Below, piece by piece: positions 48,873 through 59,874 of a stretch of DNA of 64,000 bases; the first letter of the stretch is position 1; each line of letters begins with the position of its first letter. The stretch spans positions 5,766,001-5,830,000 of the forward strand of contig CM007989.1 of assembly GCA_002189035.1 (NCBI GenBank). Reading direction: 5' to 3'. This stretch comes from Utricularia gibba. Lineage: Eukaryota > Plantae > Magnoliophyta. The notes beneath the pieces were generated by a model. That model ran no database searches. It saw only the letters and a list, made by a program, of their open reading frames with translations, and was not told the origin of the DNA. The translations under genes and the position numbers were made by a program.

Positions 48873-50713
48873 ATGCTTACTTCCAAAAAACTCCAACTTC
48901 GGTTTGCCATCCCAGAGACGTATAATCTATGGGACAAGGCAAGCGATGAGACAATTGACGGTGTGGTTCCACCCAGGGTGGGAGTAATCGGGTTTTCGGT
49001 GTCCACCGAACACTTTCGGTGTGGACTTCGCTTGCCACCACCACCATTCATATGCGAGTTGCTGGCATGTTTGGAGGTCCCATTGTCCCACCTGACACCC
49101 CACTCAATCGCTCATGAGTGTGTGCATGGAGGAACAAATTACTTCGGCCCTACCAGTTTTTTTTTGCCGTAAGTGTGTGCATTCGAAACTGAAAAACTAA
49201 TCATTTCTCGCTGAAAGGTAAGCCAGGTATTGCACTTGTGAATTCTATTCGGAGTGGATATGATGCATGGTGGACAAGCTTCATTTGGGTGTGTCCACCA
49301 GAAGACCTCTGAATTCCAACTACTCTCGGCTCCTCCAAGAAAATTGGAAAGGCAAAGGGTAATGTGTGATGTAGTATGGTTGCATGGATAGTGTACTGTG
49401 ATTTATGATATTCGATTATCCATGTTGTAGGATTTGATAAACTATCGAAGCAGGGGCTGGATGCCTTGTTGACTATGTTTAGTGAAAAGAGTAAGGCATT
49501 GAGTGACATAGTACCCCCTGTGGTGGACGCTGCCGGTACTCGCCACTTCTGCTGTGGTCAAGGAAGAGTGATACGCGAGCGATCAAAGCCTGACGACGTG
49601 ATCATTGAGGAAGAGATGTCACTAGCATTTGCATCTGATCGACAACAGGATGTAGGGAGCAATGTGGAGGAAGACAACTCGCAACCAACTGCTAGTGTGG
49701 ATGTGGACAGAATCCTGGAAGAGAATGCCCAACTACGTGCAAGGCTAAATTGGTATGAAAGTAGTTGGGCATACACTGGCCCCAGTTCATCGCCCAGGCA
49801 ACAAGTGTGCAAGCTCCTTGTGTTGGACGTCAACAGAGTGCTAGCAGACATTGTCTTCAAAGCCAAGTACCAAAGGTTGCATCGAAAACCAGATGCTGTG
49901 ATATATGGGAGAAATAGTAAGACACCGTAACATTGTCTCATGGCTGTGTCATGTTCAACCAATCCATTTTTTCTTGGTTTGGCAGTCTTCCTCAGGCCCT
50001 TTGCTCATGAGTTCATCGAATGGTGTCTTGCAAACTTTGATGTCGGTATATGGTCTTCAAGGGGCGCGTAAGTCCCACTCCATGAAATCTGCAGAGCATG
50101 TGCTGCTATCTAATACTATAACATCTGTCTATGTTCTATAGTACACAACTACATGACATCACCAAGTGGGTGTTTGGGCCAGATGCATACACCTTGCTGG
50201 CTTTCATATGGGATGCATCGAAGACCACTGAAACGCATGTACGTGTGCATGATAATGGGTCAAAAGCTGCTGTGTTGAAGGAGTTGTCGTGGATTTTGGG
50301 GGAAGATGAAGGCTTCTTGGGTTGGTATGATGCAACCAACACCTTACTTATTGACGACTCCCCGTTCAAGTCCATCAGAAACCCAGTTCAGTCTATCTGC
50401 GATCATATGGTCTGATACGCATGTTTCCTACTGACATTTAGGTCATGGTCTTATTGTGCCACAGCATGACAACGCTGTCTTCCCGACGCCATACCAGTAC
50501 ATGGATGCAAGAGATGCTGCATTAGCTGAGTTTGGAGAAATACGCATCTTCCTTCAAGGTCTACTAGAAGCAAATGATGTACCGAGTTTCGTGAAGCATG
50601 CACGAATTGGATAGCCTCCGTTAGATGCTACTCACCCACTGTGGGATTATTACAAAGTTCTTGCTTTAACATTCATAGCATGTAACAGTAGTTTGAATTT
50701 CGGAACATTATGA
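48873..50713 (+). pseudogene. Chimeric cargo gene: Tat extra-ORF-like N-terminus spliced to an FCP1/NIF (HAD-fold) domain; introns 49359-49430, 49917-49985, 50068-50141, 50386-50464
   Basis: FRCGLRLPPPPFICELL..PLSHLTPHSI and HFSLK..DAWWTSFIWVCP, then KLLVLDVNRVLAD, IFLRPFAHEF..FDVGIWSS, NTLLIDDSPFKSIRNP|HDNAVFP, PLWDYY. All four introns are GT-AG and phase-compatible. Stops near 49310 and at 50612; frameshifts around 49110-49200. Confidence 0.8.
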
Positions 50714-50905
50714 TGTTACTCACTCTATTTTAGTTATGGGTTTTTCAATATACACTTCATAAATTACAAAAAACTAAACATACGTTAAATATTCTTATAT
50801 GCATATTCATTTAAAATAATACATTAATTTAATATTTTTATTAACATTCGATCCTTAGGTATGATTCGGATCGAACCTTTTTTTATTTTAATATTTTTAT
50901 TATCA

Positions 50906-51216
50906 TTCGATCCTTAGGTATACTTTGGATCGAATGGATATTTATTTATTTTAAATCTTAATTAACGTTCGACCCTTAGGAGCAATTTGGATCAACTATA
51001 CCAAACAAGGGAACACAGGTGTGGTTTATTCATAAACCGTGCCCGTGTACATACCTAGCAGCACCACAAGGGCACACGGGCGTGGTTTATGCAGAAACCA
51101 TTCCCGTGTGCTCTTGTTAGGTATACACGATCCAAATTGCTCCTGAGGGTCGAGCGTTAATATTTATTTAAAATAAATAAATATCCACTCGACTCGAATC
51201 ACACCTAAAGATCAAA
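50906..51216. repeat. Second long fold-back, same repeat family as 47942-48357
   Basis: TTCGACCCTTAGGAGCAATTTGGATC pairs with GATCCAAATTGCTCCTGAGGGTCGAG; 51148-51219 is a direct copy of 48123-48200. Confidence 0.85.
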
Positions 51217-51244
51217 CGCGACTTACATGCACTCAGTTGGTGCA

Positions 51245-51742
51245 TTGATGCTAGGCACCGTAAGAGCATATTTGTGGTGTTTGAAAAGATATAATGCATG
51301 TCTTCGAAGAGCAATCCAGTACAGTCAATACTTAACACCTAACACGCGAGAGGTTGGGCTGAGTGCCACACACATGCAGTTTACTAGCGCATCGATGCCA
51401 GGCACCGCAAGAGCATATTCGCGGTGCCTTAAAAGATATGATGCATGTCTTCGAAGGGCAATCTAGTGCAGTCAATACTTAACACCGAACACGCGAGAGG
51501 TTGGGCTGAGTGCCACACACATGCAGTTTACTAACGCATCGATGCCAGGCACCACAAGAGCATATTCACGGTGCCTGAAAAGATAGGATGCATGTCTTCG
51601 AAGGGCAATCTAGTGCAGTCAATACTTCACACCTAATACTTGAGAGGTCGGGCTGAGTGCCACACACATGCAGTTTACTAGCGTATCGATGCCAGGCACC
51701 GCAAGAGCATATTTGCGGTGCCTGAAAAGATAGGATGCATGA
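51245..51742. repeat. Tandem array, 147-bp unit, ~3.4 copies
   Basis: AAGAGCATAT recurs at 51262, 51409, 51556 and 51703. Confidence 0.92.
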
Positions 51743-51973
51743 TAGGCACTGCAACCTTTATTTGCGGTGCCTAGAAAGGGACGAGTCCTACTGTTCTGCT
51801 TTCTATAGGTTACAGGGGCTTGATAAATATATTTGGTTACACAAACTAAAATCAGATAGCAGCTACTCATGGAAAACATGTACAGCGTAATATTGTCATG
51901 CAAAGCAAAATGATCGTCATGATACATGGACATCATAAATGGATATGATCAAAACAACAAAGGAAAAACAACA

Positions 51974-53055
51974 TCATAGACCTCTCACAATCCCATCCAC
52001 CATAACCTCACGTTCTGCACTATTGCTGTCCAGAAAAAGCTGTAGCTTTATGGGGTTACTCAAGATGACTTCAGTCACTCCTAGACGCTGCATTGTAGTT
52101 AATTGCAATGGCATCCCTCTGATGATGTCTGCAGCAGCATTTCGACGTTCCCGTAGGTCATTGTTTTCAGCAGTAAGTATTTCTCCCAGTTGTGCGATGG
52201 CATCATTTGTTCGCTTACTCATTTCTTTCAACTCCTCCACCAAGCTATCAAGTTCTGGACCTTGCCTCCTCTTCTTCTTCCTAGGTTCATCACCACTGGT
52301 TGGTGTAGTGTGATTACCTGTGCGACCTCCAGGAGTCCCTCCTAATGAGGGATACTCTTCATATGTAGAGGATGCATCATGTGATCTTTGTTCACCATTT
52401 TTTTCCGAGTCAACCTCCACTTCAGGATACTCAAGAAGATGCACTGGTTGTTCCACATCGGCCATAGAGTCATCAGTCTGCTGTGTTGCATCAGCAGCAT
52501 CAGGGACACATTCTGCAAATTCTCAAGTGGCTCTATCTTTTCCAAAGATGATGCACCAATCTGGATAGTAAGGCCAACGCCTAAACCACAACAAATTGTA
52601 CACCTTCTCATTGTGCTACACATGTAATCCATAAGTGTACATTAATAATCTCACAGGAACTACCTACTACATATACATTAGAACAACAATACCTGTTTGA
52701 ACTCCACCCACAAATCCTCACTAGCATCTACCATGTTTGTTGAGTTATCATACCCGGTACTTGACTTGTTGAGAAAGTCAGATAGGGCATTGTAATCTTT
52801 TTTCCAGCTATGAATCTTTGATTGCATGTGGGGAGTGCCTCTGATATCTGAACCGGGACACAATTTGAGGAACGCCTCCTCTAGTGCTTGAAGATAATTA
52901 CCTTTGAATCCATTCTCTGCTTTCCACCCACCTTGAATGATATCCTTTAGAGCGTGGATCAGAAAGCACTCTTCATCAGGTTTCCACTGTCTTTTGGTCT
53001 TAATGTTATCACCACTTCTCACACGTTTTGTTGTAGGCACGTTTGCTCCAACCAT
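51974..53055 (-). pseudogene. Harbinger Myb/SANT-like DNA-binding partner; exons 53055-52693 and 52615-51974
   Basis: RQWKPDEECFLIHALKD..GWKAENGFK..YL..LE; SKIHSWKKDY; WCIIFGKDRAT*E (premature TGA at 52523-52525); LQLFLD..SAER. Confidence 0.9.
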
Positions 53056-53949
53056 TTCTGCAACTAACACATAAGTGCACAACCCATGACATAACCACAA
53101 TGCATGTGTAGCTCAATATAGCACAAGAAGTATAATAACATTATATGGGTTTCAGGGGCACAATTCACAGCCATATTACTCAAAAAACATCACACACACT
53201 AACACCCAGTCGCTCAATCCACGTGGTTAAGGTTATTCAACCGGCAAATGAAATAAACGCCTCAAATTCGAGAAAAAAATACCTGGTGCATCACCCAATA
53301 CCCAATTTTTCGGTAGATCAGACTTGCTCCCAGAGTTGCATGAGCCGAAGATCCATGCACATCGTAACTTGAGGGTTTCGAATTCCCCAATCTGAATCTC
53401 ACGTTTCTACATGTGGGGTCAAAATAGGATAATAAGATATTATATTATATATAAAGGGTATATTAGGAAATTCATATTTTCTAGTATTGAGAACCTATGC
53501 ATAAACCCTTCTAACAAACATACAAAATTGATAATCCCATATTATTGAACCCTATCTACCAAACACATACTTCATTCTAAACCATTATTTATGGAATACA
53601 ATAAACTAAAATAATCTAAACCCTTTTAATTTAAACCCACCTAACAAATGAGGCCTAAGAGTAATGAATTTTCAATTACATTTCTTTAAAATATTGTTAA
53701 ATTAAAAACACTTGAATGAATATTTTAAAACTGATATAAATAAATTATTTAATACTTTAATTTATATGTTTGGTATTTATAAACATTGAAAAATATTAAT
53801 TAAATATAATTCTCAAAAATATGTTTGTTATTTATTATTCAAATTCATTTCATTGAATTATTTTATTAAACCAATGAATATGTGATATTTTCTTCATAAA
53901 GTCGTTTGAACATTACATGTAATTTGCATCAAGTGAGTTTTTTTAAGAG

Positions 53950-54285
53950 CATATCTTTTTATTTTAAATTTGCATTATTCATAGTTTTATCCTTATGTGT
54001 TATTTAAATTAAATGCCTTTTTTATTTTAAATTTATATAAGTGTTATTTGGATCGAGTATCTATTTTTTTATTTTAAATTTATATTATGCATCATCCGAA
54101 AAAATGTTAGTTACATTGAGTATCTATTTTTTATTTTAAATTTATATTATGCATCACCCGATGTTATAGTATTATTTAGATCGAATGACTCTTTTATTTA
54201 TTTTAAATTTGTATTATATATCATTTGATCTTTAAATATTATTTAGATTGATTGCTTATTTTTTTATTTTAAATTTGTGTTATAT
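53950..54285. repeat. Degenerate AT-rich tandem repeat (~45-70 bp units)
   Basis: TTTTATTTTAAATTT occurs six times, often with GATCGA. Confidence 0.55.
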
Positions 54286-55182
54286 GAGATTTTTTTCAAG
54301 TAGTATTGAAATTTTTTATCTCCCATGGAATGAATAAAATAAAAGAATAGTTTAAATTAAAAATATATATGATAAAAAATAATTCAAAAAATATATAGAT
54401 ATTGTGTTAGCTATTTTACTACAAAATTCATTTGAATTTGAATTTTACTATAGGCATTTAATGTTTTATTTTTTGAATGCTTTAACCTCAATTGACTTAT
54501 ACATTCATTAATATCATTTCTAATTTTCTTATATATATGTGCCCCATTTTTCAATCTTTTTTTGAATAATGAATCAGATTTTTTAGACAATATTTATCAC
54601 ATAGGATTCTCAAGTAATAAAAAATCATTCGTTTTCCTAAAAAATTGACTCAAATACATCATTTTTTATTTTTTCAATGCCGTAGCCTCAATTGGCTTAT
54701 ACATTGATAAATGCAATCATTTATTTCTTTTCCTAAAAAAATCATATTTGGTTATCATCCATAATAAAAAAAAAAGAAAGATTAAAATACTTTTACTAAG
54801 ATATGAAAAACCTCACATTGATAATTATAGAAAAAAAAAGCAAAAAGAAAAAAGTTGCTCATATGTGAATGGAAATATATTGCATAAAAAAATAATCTAA
54901 AATACATTGTAAATCAAATAAAAAGGATGAGTATCAATGTCAACATGTTCAATCAAAACTGAAAAAATAAGTATTTTTGTTTTCAAAATATCTTATATTT
55001 TCTCAAAATACCTTTTAAAGTGAAAAAATTTTACATAAATAAATAGAAAACATCAAAAATGAATTGGTGATACTATGAAAAGTGGGAATGATAGTGAACT
55101 ATAGGCATTTGTCCAAAAAAATGTCTATTATAGTAATCTTCAACGTCTTGCATCAATCATAACCTCTCAAATGTATTGTCAA

Positions 55183-56205
55183 TGTTGCGTGTCGTTTCCG
55201 CAACAAATTTTAAATATTTTAAACATAAAACACTATAAAGCGTAGTACGAATATCGATCTCAGGGAGTTGTTTTTCGTGAAAAGTGTTTGCAATCAACTT
55301 CTACAAAATGTCACGGTTTTGTAAAAGGGGGTTTTTAAGATGTAGAAATGAAAGATACAACCTAAGTAATGGGCCTTGACTACGGGACGCAGTTCCTGGG
55401 AATAAGACTCCATCTCCTTCCTTTGTCCGTCCTTGCCTTGGTTTTCACTGATTTCTTCTGAATAGCTGGTTATAGAAGCAAGGAATAGCCTACTCTCTCT
55501 TATACTCTGATTGACAAGGAGGCACGGGAATAGCCTCATGTGATTCCCCCTTGGACGATTAGGAAGACAAAAGGATTGCCTTCGATTGCCTTCAAAACCG
55601 AATTGTACGCATGTGCCCAGCTGTTGCCAATGGCCAGTGGCAGGTCCGAGGTCACAACATGTCCACTGTCGCGGTACCTAGGCCACAAACAATCTGCTAA
55701 TTCCCTCAAACCAGCAGGGTTGGAGTCGGTGCTCTTCACCTTGATCTTCACCAAAATCCGCGAGAAGTGGCCTGCTACTCATGGACCTTGACTAAGAGTC
55801 ATTACAGAAATACTGTAACAATACGCGTGGAAGTATGCGGAATCCGAATGGAATTCAGTGAAGAACTGAGTGTATTGCTCAGGACTTGAAAGGAAACTTC
55901 ATCTACTTCCCAGAAACTAAAGTGTGACCAGTGTCAGTCTTCCGCCCACAATCATTCCAACTTACGTACAAGGCACGAAAACTCAGAGTCTGACCACCTG
56001 CAATACTCATGCAACTCTCCTGACAGTCTCCTGACATGCCTCGGTCAAAGTGTGAGAAAAAATGCATAAAATATACACAAAATGGGAAAATAAGAATTTT
56101 CTAGTAAAAATCAAATACTTAATAATAAGACTCATAATTGGGCGACTTAGCACTTAATTAATACATAATAATACCTAAATAATAACTAGAAAATGACACT
56201 TAACA
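55183..56205 (-). mobile_element. Solo LTR, TGTTAAGTG...CGCAACA family, 1023 bp (internal deletion)
   Basis: Perfect TSD GTCAA (55178-55182, 56206-56210); homologous to 38015-39334. Confidence 0.92.
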
Positions 56206-59200
56206 GTCAATAAGGCATTGATGATAATTTCATATTTCACCACCTTTACCAAATGTATTATATTCAAATTTCTCATAAGTGTATGACTCAAGATGAATAC
56301 AAGTATGCATTTGTAAATATAAGTTAAATTTATGATGTTAAAATAGAAGGTAGTTTGCAAAATTTAAAGTGTAAAAGATAACACTACTACATTTCTAATA
56401 TACCTGTAAAGCGAATCATTGTCAATTATGTGTTATTAACATTGTAAGACACATCCCACTCAAATGCCAATGGCTTCATCTACTGTATTCGAAAATCCAT
56501 TTGAGTATTCCTATCAATTAAGCCCTAAAAAATGATTAATATAAGTAACATTAGTTTTTAAAAATATTGATAATATATACATTATATAACACCTTACGTA
56601 AATTGCAACATCAAAGTGTTCAATACACCAATTCAACAATTCAACAATTCTCTAGTAAAAAGTCCCAAATACATTCTATATTAAAAGAAATATGTAAGGA
56701 GCTAATTTTGATAGTTAATTTAAAAAATTTATCAAAATTAATTAATGTGATAAAATAATCAAGTTGTCATGGAGTCAAAAAATAATTTATTTTACCTTCT
56801 TGATGATATATTTTCATATTCGAACTATGAACACGATTGTCTATCAAAATAGTTTTATATAATGATAGATCACAAAAGATCTCATTTATATCAAAGATAC
56901 ATATTTCCTTTCAATTAGGAGATCATTGGGGATTACTTCAACTGGTATAACTTACTCATCAAACGTTGATGTCACTCCATGTTGTATGTTTATATTTTCT
57001 AGTTCTTGTTCTTCATCTTTTGTAACATATACATCATCTCTTGGCACATTATATCTTACCGTACGACATACAAATCGGGGCTCAATGTCTCAAAATGATA
57101 TTATTTTACAATTGAAAAATTCAAATAATGATTTTTTTCTACATTTAAAATGATAATAACTATATTAAATGAATAAAATATGAGTACAAATAATAAATGT
57201 AGTGCATTTAATAAAATGTAAATTAATTAAAAAATACAATTACTTAGCAAAACAATAAAGATATATAAAATCAATTATTTATAAATTAATAGGTTACTCT
57301 TAAAAAAACCAAACTAAGTTTCAATTCTAAAATGCATTTATAGAAAAATTAAATAATTTTTTATAATTTTTAGCTTGCCTGTCATCTTCTTCAACTACCA
57401 TTCATGGAAAATCAAATCAATAATTACAAGGTAGTGCAACTCATATGAAGTATGTTGTCCAATCATTATTCCCACTTTGTATACCCCTAATCAATGAAAT
57501 ACAAGTCTATAGTGAAGTGTATAACCATTAGTTTTTTTATTATAAGTACATACATTTATAGCAAAAGAAATATCAAGATCAAGGAATATGTTTTCTTCAT
57601 TACAAATCTCAAGAAAGTCTAGAACGTACCGTATTGATTTTGAGGTCAATTGGATTAACAAAACATCAATACAATGAAAATTGAAAAAAATAAATGGCAA
57701 GATTGGCAAGTGAAATCCACAACAAAAATATTCAGTAAAAATAGCTATATCATTAGTATCAACTCATTTCGGTAATAAATTGGTAATCTTCTCATAACTA
57801 ATTTTGTTGAATATTTTGTATTCATTTAAAACACCAAAATATACCTTGAAGTTAAAATAGTATCTATTTATTCTAGAAGACATAAGTGAAACTCATATTA
57901 AGTTAAATAGATCACCAAAATACACTTATATACTTATGAATAATATTTTTAAAAAAATATTTTAAAATAAGCTATTTTTTGGATTCATAAAGTCAATTTT
58001 GGAAAACCACAATTGTTAGTTCAATTTGTAAATTTGGATTCCCAATGACCATTGAAATGCTAACTTTGAAAAAGAATAAAAAAAAACTAGTAAAAGAAAT
58101 TGCATAAAAATATATTGTGCGGGTGTGTTTTGGGTGAGGAGTAGAAATGGTATATGAATTTCTATTTATAATTTATTACTCAATTGTAGTGTTAACGATC
58201 TCTAAAGAACCCTAATTCCTCAAAAATTATATATAACATAATCCTAATTTGTAGTTGTCTAATTAAATTATGATATTTTATATATAAAAAAGTATAGCTA
58301 GTAAATATTAATCAGAATTCATCTTAAATATCGAAAAAGAAATTTTAGGGGAAATATCATAAAATATCAAAATTAACATAATGAAATATCACATTTTAGG
58401 GGAAATATTCTAATATGCATTACTAAATATTACAAATAGCCAAAAAAAAAATATTTTTTAAATTTCTTTTTAATAAATACAACTTAAATATAATTTAGCA
58501 TGTTCATTGAATTTTTTACACCTTGTAAATGTTTTTTTTCATACAATTATATTTAATTAACATAATAAGATTCAATGTAATTACATTATTAAATTATAAT
58601 CGTATTGTTTTCTCTGATGCATAATTAACACAAGATGGAGTATGACTATGTCAAAATATTTATAAACTCAATAATGTTTTTGTTATTTTAAAGTTATTTA
58701 ATTCAAATTTAAAATTATAAACTTAATATAAGTTATTTAAAGTTATTTAAAATCAAATACTAATAATTTGGATTGAATAGTTATTACTTTTTATTATTAA
58801 GAATACCATTTTTTTCCGATTATGTATTTTATATTTTGTGTTCCATTTTATGAATAATTATGGGTTATTTTCAATAATTTTTTCTATATTTTTAAAAAAT
58901 AGATTTTGACTGATTCTTACAGATTTTACTTTATCAATTTTTTATTCATATCATATCATTTGTGAATGTTGAAAACAATTAACACAATAGTTATGTCCAC
59001 TATCAATTATTCTTCTTTATTACAAGAAAATTTGCAATTTTTTTATTTTCCAAGTCCATGGCTTTTGAGTTCATTATGTATAGAGTATTTTTTAGGGGTA
59101 ATATATTCAATTATAGAAGTTAAATTTCTTATGACAAACCCCCTATACAAATCATACATTTTTATATAGATATTATTGAATGATCTATAATTCGAATTAT

Positions 59201-59874
59201 ATGAATTAATTGAAGTTTAAGACTCTCTATATGAAATTTCAAACATGAGTGCATTCACAAAATTTTTCGAAAATATCATACGATGAGTTTCAAAGGTCTA
59301 TAACCATGATGACCAACCGAGTCGAAGGGATGAATGTAGTACTTCATGGAACTTGGCATCTTATCATTAGTGTACTTGTGCAGGTATACTCATCTAAATT
59401 GTTCATATTTATATTATTTTATACGCATCAACTTAATATCATTATGAATTTACATGCCAATTTCACAAGATGTAAGAAGTACATTTGTGAAGAATTGGAA
59501 GAAGTAACAAAAGCTCAATCCAATAATGAAACATTGACCAAACAAGCGTGTAAATTATTTGATCACTAGGATAAACCTATCTCATATGCATGGGTAGAAG
59601 TTTACAATTACATAAAAATGATCATCCATGTACAAACCCGTAGGCATCAAAGTAACCCAATGAATGATAATGTGTGTGTCATATGATTAAAAAACGACAA
59701 TTATAAATGTGAGAAGTGGCAAAATTATGGAGTACCATGTTCATATGTTAAATAGTTATTCATTAAAGAAAATATCTCTTCTTATTGAATAAATTTCCAT
59801 AATGTAGGTTTACAAATTGTTGAATATCGACCTGATAAAATGCGTTAATATGTTACTTTTGGTTCAACAATATA

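Larger units (their letters stand above)
45727..53655. mobile_element. Full-length PIF/Harbinger DNA transposon (7929 bp) with internal cargo
   Basis: TIRs GGCCTCGTTTGTTAGGTGGGTTTA / TAAACCCACCTAACAAATGAGGCC (23/24 match); TSD TAA at 45724-45726 and 53656-53658; convergent nuclease and Myb/SANT genes. Confidence 0.95.

Noticed and set aside
49808-49850. DVN instead of DxD(T/V) as evidence that the cargo phosphatase was specifically inactivated
   Set aside because: As I recall, the plant FCP1-homology subfamily it resembles naturally has DxNG, so this is probably inherited rather than element-specific.
51245-51742. CRISPR-like appearance of the regularly spaced palindromic GGCACC...GGTGCC repeats
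   Set aside because: The intervening sequence is repeated too (whole 147-bp units, no unique spacers), there are no cas genes, and the context is plant nuclear DNA.
47829-51797. Definite Pack-MULE call for the inner cargo unit
   Set aside because: The candidate termini GGA...TCC are flanked by ATGTACATT versus TACTGTTCT, so there is no 9-bp TSD, and the two ends are not colinear. Kept only as a hypothesis.
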